A stretch of DNA of 64,000 nucleotides from Candidatus Poribacteria bacterium (lineage in GTDB: Bacteria > Poribacteria > WGA-4E > PCPOR2b), in the NCBI GenBank assembly GCA_965116925.1, contig OZ220744.1, positions 1,984,001-2,048,000 on the forward strand. The letters run 5' to 3'. Each line of letters starts with the position of its first letter. The first letter of the stretch is position 1. Position numbers and translations under genes: made by a program. Below are positions 49,283 through 58,212 of this stretch, piece after piece. The notes below the pieces were generated by a model. It did not search any database. It worked only from the letters and a program-made list of their open reading frames with translations, and was not told where the DNA came from.

Positions 49283-50392
49283 ATGTCAACCTATCGTGCC
49301 GCAGTAATCGGTCTGGGCAGAATGGGTAGCACCTTTGATGATGAAATCACACAAGGCGGCTCGCTTTTCCTGCCCTATTGCCATGGGCCTAGTTACCACG
49401 CAGCACCCAACGTCGAATTGGTCGCCGGGGCAGATCTCCACGAGGAACAGGCAGCCATCTTTGGGGAACGTTGGGGGATAAGCCCTGACCATCTGTATAG
49501 CGACCATCGGGAGATGTTAGCGGCAGAACAGTTAGATCTCGTCAGTGTATGCACAACGGCACGGGTCCGCGCAGCCATTGTACAGGATGTCGCCCGTGCA
49601 GGCGTTAAAGCCATCTGGGCGGAAAAACCGATCGCTTTGACCTTAGAGGAAGCGGATACGATGCTGAATGTCTGCCGTGAGAACGGTGTTGCGTTGGCTG
49701 TCAACTGTGCCCGACGCTGGAATCCATTCTTCAGCGAAGCCCGCCGACTCATTGACGCTGGAGAACTTGGCGAACTTTTACAGGTAACTGTCTATGCCCA
49801 ATGTGGCTTATCCCATAACGGCAGTCATGCTATTGACATTTTGCGCTACATGGCTGGCGGAGATGTTGAATGGGTTTTCGGAGAGATGGAATCGGACGAA
49901 GCCGCCGCCGGTGAAAACGACCTGAGTGGCAACGGATACCTCGCTTTTGATAACGGGGTGCGTGCTTATCTTAGGAGTATGCCCACTGGTGCTGCCTCTT
50001 GGGAGGTCGATGTGATTGGAACAGAAGGGCGTATCCGTTCCCTAAACAATGCGGAGGACTTTGAATTTATCCTCACCGTACCCGGCGGCCGTCGAGGACG
50101 ACCCAGACCCGCAAAGGTGCCATTCCCTTGGCCCGTGCGGATGCAGGGCATGGGATTGACAATCGTCGCCGACCTGATTAACGCTGCTGAAACGGGACAA
50201 CCTCCAAAATGTTCGGGAGATGACGGACGGGCGGCGTTAGAAGTCGCTGTCGGATTACGGGAATCACACCGGCGTGGTGGAGCCAAGGTTGACCTGCCAT
50301 TGGCAGACCGCGGCTTGGGCATTCAATCTATAGAGATTGCCAACGATAGTGTACCTGCACGGATTCGACGGTTGCAACAGGAAGGCTCCTAG
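49283..50392 (+). CDS. Gfo/Idh/MocA oxidoreductase
   Basis: VIGLGRMG, AEKPI and NGSH motifs. Confidence 0.9.
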   Translation: MSTYRAAVIGLGRMGSTFDDEITQGGSLFLPYCHGPSYHAAPNVELVAGADLHEEQAAIFGERWGISPDHLYSDHREMLAAEQLDLVSVCTTARVRAAIVQDVARAGVKAIWAEKPIALTLEEADTMLNVCRENGVALAVNCARRWNPFFSEARRLIDAGELGELLQVTVYAQCGLSHNGSHAIDILRYMAGGDVEWVFGEMESDEAAAGENDLSGNGYLAFDNGVRAYLRSMPTGAASWEVDVIGTEGRIRSLNNAEDFEFILTVPGGRRGRPRPAKVPFPWPVRMQGMGLTIVADLINAAETGQPPKCSGDDGRAALEVAVGLRESHRRGGAKVDLPLADRGLGIQSIEIANDSVPARIRRLQQEGS

Positions 50393-50419
50393 AAATTTCG
50401 TGGAAGGAGAACTATTGAC

Positions 50420-51424
50420 ATGAAAATTACGCGAGTGGATCTTTACGAGGTAGAGATTCCCCCAATCCCACCGGTTGCCAAATACGTTCCCAAGATTTAC
50501 GACATCACGCTCTGCCGCGTTCAGACCGACGAAGGCATAGAGGGGTGGGGCGAGTACCTAGGTACTCGATCTACACACGAGGGGCTGGCGCAGTCTTACA
50601 TCGGTCAGGAGGTATTGGCGTTAGACCCATTCGCCCAGCCGGATGGGTTCACCTGTGCATTACTGGATATCACCGGTCAAATGTACGGCATTCCGGTCCA
50701 CCGCTTTTTCGGTCAGAAGGTACGCGATGAGGTGCCAGTCTCCTACTGGTCTACGACAATGGAACCGCACGAAACAGCTGCCGAGGCAGAGGTGGGAGCG
50801 CGCTTGGGATTTACAAACCATAAACTGAAGGCGCGTGCTTCGGATGTCGTAGAAACGGTACGTCTCATAAAGGAAGTAGCAGGACCCGATTACACCGTCG
50901 GCTTGGATCCCAATATGGGATTCCAATACGTACATATCGCCACGCGCTTGGCAGAACAGCTTGAACCTTTTGGAACAGTTGCGAACTTTGAAGACCCAGT
51001 CCTCAAAAATAACTTGGATTGGTATCGCTTGCTGCGTGAGAAAACCCACATCCCCCAAGCACTGCACTTGGGCCCGCCGGACGAAGTACTGGCAGCACTC
51101 AAGGCAGAGTGTATCGACTACCTGAACTTGGGTGGACCTGTCCAACAGGTATGCAAATCTGCTGCGTTGGCTGAAGCCGCAGATGTGCCTTGCTGGGTAC
51201 AGATAGGAGGGCTCTGCTTGAGCATTCTGGCTGCCTATTCCGTCCATGTGCAATGCACCCTGCCCAGTGCAACCCTGCCCTGTGACGAGTTGCCCCACAT
51301 CCGCATCGCCGACGTTGTGAAAGAAGGATTAACGATCAAAGCGGGGCACTTTCTCGTGCCGGAGGGGCCAGGGCTTGGTATCACAGTGGACATGGACGTA
51401 ATTGAAAAGTATCAGGTCGCGTGA
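50420..51424 (+). CDS. Mandelate racemase/muconate lactonizing enzyme family (copy 1)
   Basis: TDEGIEGWGE, KLK, DPN, EDP and PEGPGLG motifs. Confidence 0.88.
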   Translation: MKITRVDLYEVEIPPIPPVAKYVPKIYDITLCRVQTDEGIEGWGEYLGTRSTHEGLAQSYIGQEVLALDPFAQPDGFTCALLDITGQMYGIPVHRFFGQKVRDEVPVSYWSTTMEPHETAAEAEVGARLGFTNHKLKARASDVVETVRLIKEVAGPDYTVGLDPNMGFQYVHIATRLAEQLEPFGTVANFEDPVLKNNLDWYRLLREKTHIPQALHLGPPDEVLAALKAECIDYLNLGGPVQQVCKSAALAEAADVPCWVQIGGLCLSILAAYSVHVQCTLPSATLPCDELPHIRIADVVKEGLTIKAGHFLVPEGPGLGITVDMDVIEKYQVA

Positions 51425-51451
51425 AACCTGAAACGAAGGAGGACTATTGAC

Positions 51452-52456
51452 ATGAAAATTACGGAAGTGAATCTTTACGAGGTAGAAATCCCACCAATTC
51501 CGCCGATTGCCAAATACATGCCCAAAATCTACGACATCACCCTCTGCCGCGTTCAGACAGACGAGGGGATAGAAGGTTGGGGCGAGTACCAAGGCGCACG
51601 ATCCGCACACGAGAGCACAGCACAATCTTACATCGGTCAAGAGGTGTTGGCGTTAGACCCATTCGCTCAACCCGATCCGTTCACCTGCGCGCTTTTGGAC
51701 ATCACCGGCCAAATGCACGGCATTCCTGTCCACCGCTTTTTTGGTCAAAAGGTGCGTGATGAGGTGCCGGTCTCCTACTGGTCCTGTCCCATGGAACCGC
51801 ACGAAACAGCTGCGGAGGCAGAGGTGGGAGCGCGTTTGGGATTCACCAATCACAAACTCAAGGCGCGTTCCTGGAACATCGTGGAAACGGTGCGCCTTAT
51901 AAAAGAAGCAACAGGACCCGATTACACCGTCGGCGTGGATCCAAATACCGAGTTCAAATATCTCCATATTGCCACGCGTCTGGCGGAACAGCTTGAACCT
52001 TTTGGAACGGTTGCCAATTTTGAAGACCCGGTCCTCAAAACGAACTTGGATTGGTATCGCTTGCTACGTGAGAAAACCCACATCCCCCAAGCCTTGCACC
52101 TTGGACCGCCGGGCGGGGTTCTCGCAGCACTCAAGGCAGAGTGCATCGACTACGTGAACCTGGGTGGTTCCGCCCAAAGCCTACGAAAATCCGCTGCATT
52201 AGCTGAAGCCGCAGATGTCCCTTTCTGGGTACAAATGGGAGGTCTCTGTTTGAGTATTCTGGCTGCCTATTCCGTCCATGTGCAATGCACCTTGCCTAAC
52301 GCAACCCTGCCTTGTGACGAGTTACCCCACATGCGCATCGCTGACGTTGCGAAAGAGGGACTAACAATCAAGGCGGGGCATTTTCTGGTGCCAGAGGGAC
52401 CAGGGCTTGGCATCACAGTAGACATGGATGTAATTGAAAAATACCGCGTAGCCTGA
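51452..52456 (+). CDS. Mandelate racemase/muconate lactonizing enzyme family (copy 2)
   Basis: About 88% identical to copy 1 (manual count, about 39 differences in 334 aa). Confidence 0.88.
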   Translation: MKITEVNLYEVEIPPIPPIAKYMPKIYDITLCRVQTDEGIEGWGEYQGARSAHESTAQSYIGQEVLALDPFAQPDPFTCALLDITGQMHGIPVHRFFGQKVRDEVPVSYWSCPMEPHETAAEAEVGARLGFTNHKLKARSWNIVETVRLIKEATGPDYTVGVDPNTEFKYLHIATRLAEQLEPFGTVANFEDPVLKTNLDWYRLLREKTHIPQALHLGPPGGVLAALKAECIDYVNLGGSAQSLRKSAALAEAADVPFWVQMGGLCLSILAAYSVHVQCTLPNATLPCDELPHMRIADVAKEGLTIKAGHFLVPEGPGLGITVDMDVIEKYRVA

Positions 52457-52553
52457 AACGTAACCTTTTTAACCTCGCTCATGCGACCTTCATCTGCGAG
52501 ATCTGCGTCCGTCTCTACTCTTAAAACTGAAGTGCGTAAGTCCTATACACAAT

Positions 52554-52661
52554 TATAGTGAATTCTAAAAATAAAGAAACACTTTCGCTCCCCATGTTTG
52601 GTAGGCGCTGTTTCTAACAGCGCCGATTTGGCGTGTCCCATTAATTCTAAAATCTACTATA
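52554..52661. mobile_element. MITE family A, flanked by unpaired family B ends (ending 52544 and starting 52741)
   Basis: Full family A consensus, with tgcgtaagtccta upstream and taggacttacgca downstream. Confidence 0.75.
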
Positions 52662-52870
52662 ACTTGAACTGATGTTTTACGCTTGGGTCAATTCAAATTG
52701 TCAAAATCTAACAAAATCTAACACTTTTTACAAAAATTTTTAGGACTTACGCAGTTGAACGCTCAAAGCCTTGTAGTTCAGCGATTTATCGCTGTTGGAC
52801 ACCGTTCTTAACCCTGGTCTTAGAACGGACTCCCGATGAATCAGGCAATTACAGTAATGCAGCTACCTAA

Positions 52871-53626
52871 ATGCCACTAATTGAATTGGAAATCTCCGAT
52901 CGAGTTGCTACGCTGACCCTGCGTCGTCCCGAAGCACTCAATGCTATCAATCAAACCCTATTGCACGATTTTGAGGAGGCACTGCGGCGGGTGCAGGCGA
53001 CTTCAGAAGTGGCGGTACTTGTAACGCAAGGCAGTGGACGGGCATACTCGGCAGGCAGTGACTTGAAGGAATTGGCGGAATGTTCGCCTCAACAAGCGGC
53101 TGCGTTTGAGTATACGCACGGACAGGTTTTTGCACAGCTAGAAGAACTTCCGCAAATCACCGTTGCCGCATGGCGGGGGTACGTTCTCGGAGGCGGACTT
53201 TTCTTGGGCGTCTACCACGATTTTCGTCTCGCTGCACAGGGTGCCCGCATCGGTCTGCCAGAAGTAGCACACGGTTGGACGCCACCTTGGGGTGTTTCGC
53301 GGTTGGTGGAATTGGTTGGAGTTCAGGCTGCCCGGAAGATTATGTTATGTGGTGGGCAATTTGATGGGGCATCGGCGCATCAACTCGGCTTGGTTGATGA
53401 GGTATGGCCCGATGAAGAATTTGAGGCCCAATTTCGTGATTGGGTTGAGAAACTTGCTTCGCTCCCAAAGGATGCACTAATGGAAACCAAAGCGTTATTG
53501 CGTGAAATGCGGGGACTGAACCACGCACATTGGGAACGACGGACGGTTGAGGCGTTTGAAAGGTGTTATGTGACACCGGAGGCACAGCAGTCAGTAAATC
53601 GGTTTATGCAGCGGGGACGTAAATAG
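52871..53626 (+). CDS. Enoyl-CoA hydratase/isomerase family
   Basis: RPEALNA, SAGSDL, GGG and GLPEV motifs. Confidence 0.9.
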   Translation: MPLIELEISDRVATLTLRRPEALNAINQTLLHDFEEALRRVQATSEVAVLVTQGSGRAYSAGSDLKELAECSPQQAAAFEYTHGQVFAQLEELPQITVAAWRGYVLGGGLFLGVYHDFRLAAQGARIGLPEVAHGWTPPWGVSRLVELVGVQAARKIMLCGGQFDGASAHQLGLVDEVWPDEEFEAQFRDWVEKLASLPKDALMETKALLREMRGLNHAHWERRTVEAFERCYVTPEAQQSVNRFMQRGRK

Positions 53627-53695
53627 GATTTACGCAGCCAACCGTAGGCGGGGCATCCTGCCCCGCGCCAACTGTGCTGAAATGTGTAAGCCCTA
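53624..53695. mobile_element. Short MITE family B whose TAG is the upstream stop codon
   Basis: taggatttacgca...tgtgtaagcccta with flanks gtaaa/gtgaa. Confidence 0.7.
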
Positions 53696-53732
53696 GTGAA
53701 GATTAATTTCGCAGAGTTGAGGGGAAAATAGA

Positions 53733-55295
53733 GTGGACATTGCTGGTAATCGAACACTATCATCTATCTTTAGCCAGTTTGCGGCATACCATCCCGACAA
53801 GACCTATCTGATTTTCGAGGATTTGGACGGGGGTTGTCAACAGTGGAGCTTTGCCCAGTTCGAGGCACTGGTAAATCAGACCGCTAGGTGGTTGCTAGAG
53901 ATAGGGATTAAGCGGGGCGAATCATTCGCCTTTCATGCTCCCAATTCGCCCGTTTTCGTAGCACTCGCCATCGCTGCAAGCCGCATTGGCGCGGTCATGG
54001 TGCCGACCGACCACCGCGCTACAGTTGATGAGCTTGTCTATATCCTCGATAACTCGGAATCACGACTTGTTATTACAGAGTTCGATCAACTGATGCTTAC
54101 GCAGACGGCAGCGGCAGCGACCTCTTGTGTGCAGGAGGTTGTGGTGTCTCAATGTGAACATCCGAGCGGGCATCCGATATTTGAACGTGAGATTGCCCGT
54201 CAGGATACCTCCCCACCCAATGTTGAGATTTCCCCCGACGATGTGGTACACATGATATACACCTCTGGCACAACTAGCAAACCCAAAGGCGTACTGATGA
54301 CCAACAGGGCGTTGATTTATGGGGCAGAAGTCTTCGTGCGTGGCAGTGGTCTGCGAAACGAGGACCGGCACCTCATCACGCTGCCTGTTTTTCACGCCGC
54401 TGCACATTGCCACGCTTTTTGGCCCTCTCTGGTGTGTGGTGCTAGCATCGTTGTGTCTCCGCGATTTAGCCCGTCCCGATTCTTTGGATTGGCTGTCCGA
54501 CACCAATGCACGATGGCGGCGTTATTCTCCGCACCGCTGCGTATGTTGCTCGCTCAACCTCCCAACGAAGGCTGGCGATTCCATCGCCTGAGAAACGTCA
54601 CCTTTGCGATTGCCCTCACTGATGAGCAATTTGCCGCATGGGATAGCCGTTTCAGCGCACCACTCCAACATCTCTGGGGGATGACCGAAACGGTTGGGCT
54701 GCCGCTGATGAGTCCGCTCTACGGACCGAGAAACTTACCCTCTATGGGAAAACCTGTCTTGGGTTACGAAGTGCGAATCCTCGACGACGATGGCAACGAA
54801 ACACCTCCGGGAGAGATTGGACAGATTGCAATCGGGGCAGACCCCGGCCGCACGGTGATGAAAGGGTACTTCAAGAATCCGAAGGCGACAGAGGAGACCA
54901 TGCGAGATGGTTGGTTGTACACCGGTGATAACGCCTATTACGATGAGCAGGGGTACTTCTATTTCGTTGATCGAGGCAAGGATATCATTAAGCGTGGTGG
55001 GGAGAATGTCGCTCCCAGCGAAATCGAATCGGTGATTAAGGGGGTGGATGGTGTTTCTGATGTCGCAGTCGTCGGTATGCCTGATGAGATGTTCGATGAG
55101 GTGCCCCAAGCGTTTGTGATCCCCCGACCGGGTGTGACACTGACCGAAGAGGGGATTATAGAACGGTGTCGTCAGTCGCTCACGCGGTTCAAAGTCCCGG
55201 TGGCTGTCACGTTTTGCGAGGAATTTCCCCGAACCTCGGTGGGCAAGATCCAGAAACATCTGCTGCGGGATCAGGCGTTGGAGTCAACCGAGTGA
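53733..55295 (+). CDS. Acyl-CoA ligase, CaiC (crotonobetaine/carnitine-CoA ligase)-like
   Basis: YTSGTTSKPKG, WGMTET, TGD, GGENV and PRTSVGK motifs. Confidence 0.85.
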   Translation: MDIAGNRTLSSIFSQFAAYHPDKTYLIFEDLDGGCQQWSFAQFEALVNQTARWLLEIGIKRGESFAFHAPNSPVFVALAIAASRIGAVMVPTDHRATVDELVYILDNSESRLVITEFDQLMLTQTAAAATSCVQEVVVSQCEHPSGHPIFEREIARQDTSPPNVEISPDDVVHMIYTSGTTSKPKGVLMTNRALIYGAEVFVRGSGLRNEDRHLITLPVFHAAAHCHAFWPSLVCGASIVVSPRFSPSRFFGLAVRHQCTMAALFSAPLRMLLAQPPNEGWRFHRLRNVTFAIALTDEQFAAWDSRFSAPLQHLWGMTETVGLPLMSPLYGPRNLPSMGKPVLGYEVRILDDDGNETPPGEIGQIAIGADPGRTVMKGYFKNPKATEETMRDGWLYTGDNAYYDEQGYFYFVDRGKDIIKRGGENVAPSEIESVIKGVDGVSDVAVVGMPDEMFDEVPQAFVIPRPGVTLTEEGIIERCRQSLTRFKVPVAVTFCEEFPRTSVGKIQKHLLRDQALESTE

Positions 55296-55339
55296 TTTTT
55301 TGATGTAAAACTGAAAGACTCAATTCGGAGAAAAGTCCA

Positions 55340-55552
55340 ATGAAGTGTTTGCACTGCCAATCGGAATTGAAACGCGGCACAGCCACATTTACCGATAGCC
55401 GCAACGGTTATGTCAATGCACTACAGGATATCCCCGCTTAGGTTTGTCTACAGTGTGGTGAGCCTATGTTTGATACCGATGCTGTATCCGGCATTCAAGA
55501 TTTACTTCGGGCAGTAGATGAGCGCGTTGAGAAATTGCGTGACGTTGCGTAA
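55340..55552 (+). pseudogene. YgiT/MqsA-type zinc-finger protein with an internal TAG
   Basis: MKCLHC...DIPA*VCLQCGE...RDVA*, with TAG at 55439-41. Not in the ORF track. Confidence 0.75.
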
Positions 55553-55583
55553 GGAATGCAAAGGGAATTCCAATTCTCGACTC

Positions 55584-57260
55584 TTATCTCTTACGGTTGA
55601 CATGTTGTTCAACCTGTATCGGAAAATACTTCATCAAACTATCGGTAAGATTTGGCGCAGCTGTTCCGAGACTACACGCACTGGTCGCCTTCATGGCATT
55701 GCCGATGTCGCTGACCTCATCCTTCCACTTCGCCAGATCGTTGGGTCCTGCCTCGCCAGCAAGCCGTTCGGTGAGACGCTGTGTGCCGATACGACAGGGG
55801 AAACATTTGCCACACGACTCCTCAGCGAAAAATTCCATCGCGCCATGTGCCATTTCGATTATATTCCGACTGTCGTCGAACACGATAATCCCAGCAGCAC
55901 CGAGCATAGCTCCCACCTTCCCGATACTCGGCTCATCGAGCGTTACGTTCAGGTCATCTCCAGCGAGGAAGCCGCCGGATAGACCCGCCATCGTAACCGC
56001 CTGAATCGAACGTCCTTCCTGTGCACCACCCGCCCAATCGTAGAGCAGCGTCGGCAACGGCAATCCAAACGGCACCTCGTAGTTACCCGGTTTCTGGATG
56101 TCGCCGGAGAGGCTGATGACCTTCGTGCCAGCGTGACCGTTCATTCCGAGATTGCGATACCAATCCGCCCCCCGGCGCATAATCTGTGGCGCAGCCGCAA
56201 GGGTCTCAACGTTGTTGACAACCGTTGGAAGGTTATCATATCCATGGGTGACTGGATAGGGAGGGCGATTGCGCGGGAAGGGGTGCTTGCCTTCGAGGCT
56301 GTTCAGCAGCGAACCTTCCTCACCGCAAATGTAGGCACCGGCACCGCGCCGCAGATAGAGTTGGAAGTTGAAGTCTGCATCGAGAATCCGATCGCCGAGG
56401 AATCCTGCTTCCTCCGCTTCCGCAATTGCCCCCGCTAGCGTGTTGAAGGTTTCGGGATACTCATATCGGAGATAGATAAAGCCGCGTGTCGCGCCAGTTG
56501 CGTAGGCGGCGAGAACCATCGCCTCAATCACCGCATGTGGATCGTGGTCGAGGATTGCGCGGTCTTTGAAACAGCCGGGCTCCCCTTCGTCCGCATTACA
56601 GACAATAGTTTTCGGATTACCGGGTGCTTCAGCGACCGCCTGCCACTTCAGCCCTGTGGGAAAGCCAGCCCCGCCACGTCCCGCGAGTTTGCTCTCTATG
56701 ATGACATTGACCACTTCGACGGGCTGCATCTCCTGCACTGCGCGAGTAAGTCCCTCATATCCACCGGTGCGGCGATACCCCTCAATGCTAGCTCGATCTG
56801 GTTCACGGATTGAACCGAAGACACACTCATCAATACCTCCCGGATTTGGCGGGGGCAGGGGAGAGGGTTTGGCTTCAAGACCATCCGGATCCACGCCGAT
56901 TAGTACTTCGTGCCCTTTGAGCACCGGAACGAAATCGTCACACCGCCCGGCACACGGCATCGGCGTTGCACCTTCCTCCTTGAGTGCAGCAAGGATTTCG
57001 TTCCCACCGACCAAGCAGCAAACGGGTCCTGTGCAAACGCGGGGCGCACTTTGCCCCGGTGTTGCGCGGGAGAAGTGATGGTAGAACGTAACGGTGCCAA
57101 AGAGATCTGCAAGCGGAATCCTGAGGCCCACCGCTATGTCCCGGAGAGACTCCTCGGAAATGAAACCGTCTCGGTCGTGGAACGCGTGGAGCAGCGGGAG
57201 CAGCGGTGCTGGCTCGTTACGCCAGCACTCGATCAGCTCTTGGTTCGTCGGGGTTGCCAT
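55584..57260 (-). CDS. Fused NuoE/NuoF-like NAD(P)H-oxidising flavoprotein
   Basis: N-terminal TFY..F / VCTGPVC 2Fe-2S module, GRGGAGFPTG, NADEGEPG, YICGEE and ESCGKCFPCR motifs. Confidence 0.88.
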   Translation of the reverse strand: MATPTNQELIECWRNEPAPLLPLLHAFHDRDGFISEESLRDIAVGLRIPLADLFGTVTFYHHFSRATPGQSAPRVCTGPVCCLVGGNEILAALKEEGATPMPCAGRCDDFVPVLKGHEVLIGVDPDGLEAKPSPLPPPNPGGIDECVFGSIREPDRASIEGYRRTGGYEGLTRAVQEMQPVEVVNVIIESKLAGRGGAGFPTGLKWQAVAEAPGNPKTIVCNADEGEPGCFKDRAILDHDPHAVIEAMVLAAYATGATRGFIYLRYEYPETFNTLAGAIAEAEEAGFLGDRILDADFNFQLYLRRGAGAYICGEEGSLLNSLEGKHPFPRNRPPYPVTHGYDNLPTVVNNVETLAAAPQIMRRGADWYRNLGMNGHAGTKVISLSGDIQKPGNYEVPFGLPLPTLLYDWAGGAQEGRSIQAVTMAGLSGGFLAGDDLNVTLDEPSIGKVGAMLGAAGIIVFDDSRNIIEMAHGAMEFFAEESCGKCFPCRIGTQRLTERLAGEAGPNDLAKWKDEVSDIGNAMKATSACSLGTAAPNLTDSLMKYFPIQVEQHVNRKR

Positions 57261-57275
57261 GGATAAGTATCTCCA

Positions 57276-58070
57276 TTAATAACCTGCTAACAGTGTGCGT
57301 AGTTGGCTAGCAGCTTTACGGACCTGATCGATTCGATCCGGATGTTCCCCTTCGTAGACAATGGAGATGCAGCCGTTGTAGTTGACGCTTTTCAGAATCT
57401 CTGCGATCCGTTCATAATCCAGCCACTCCTCCGTGCCACTTTCGTTTTTGTAAAATTTTGTGCGGACATACAGGGCGTATGGCACGGTCTGTTCCATGAA
57501 CCCATAAAAATCAATATCCGGATCCGTCTCTCCACGTGGACCAGATCCGGGTGAACCGACCCACTGACCTGTATCCATAATAAAGCCGAAGTTCTCTCGA
57601 TTGGTTTCGCTCCGGATACGCAGCATATCGTCGCCTGTGGATGGGTGATTCTGCAATCCAACTGCGATGCCTTTCGCCGCTGCATAATCAGCGACCTCCT
57701 GATAACCACGAATCATCGCGGGCCAAGGATCATCACCATCGCCATTCTTTTCCGGTATCACTGCACAGAACGCACGGATCAGCGGTGAACCGAGAAACGC
57801 AGCGAGGTCAATCGCATCCCTACAATTTTGCGCGTGTTCCTCTCGTTCTGCTGCATTCCCGACGAACAGACCGCTTACACCTATGTAGCCAATGGGCATA
57901 CCGTACTTGAGGCACTTCAGTTTTATACCGCTGAGATACTCTGGATCCGTCAAGGGGAAAGCCCGGTAGTGAAAGTCAACGATGTCCATCCTTAAATCAT
58001 GAGCGACATCGAGGAATGTCTCAACATCTGTGTTTTGTAAACTGAGAAAATTACAGCCAATTTTGATCAT
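57276..58070 (-). CDS. Sugar phosphate isomerase/epimerase family
   Basis: GLQNH, MDTG and YNGCISIVYEG motifs. Confidence 0.82.
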   Translation of the reverse strand: MIKIGCNFLSLQNTDVETFLDVAHDLRMDIVDFHYRAFPLTDPEYLSGIKLKCLKYGMPIGYIGVSGLFVGNAAEREEHAQNCRDAIDLAAFLGSPLIRAFCAVIPEKNGDGDDPWPAMIRGYQEVADYAAAKGIAVGLQNHPSTGDDMLRIRSETNRENFGFIMDTGQWVGSPGSGPRGETDPDIDFYGFMEQTVPYALYVRTKFYKNESGTEEWLDYERIAEILKSVNYNGCISIVYEGEHPDRIDQVRKAASQLRTLLAGY

Positions 58071-58212
58071 GTTGCTTATTTTCCTTTCATGCTGATGGCT
58101 GCCATCGCAGCCGATTAAATTATTAAAGAATCCCTTACTCTGAACCTTGACGCTATCTTCAAGGTTTCAAATCAGAAATCTATGCTACTATACATGTGAG
58201 GGGAAGTCAATA

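Noticed and set aside
50420..52456. Assembly artefact or DGR template/variable pair
   Set aside because: Differences are spread over all four bases, many are synonymous, and no reverse transcriptase is present.
55439..55441. Pyrrolysine or amber recoding
   Set aside because: Many genes here end in TAG and no pyl genes are visible. A nonsense mutation is simpler.
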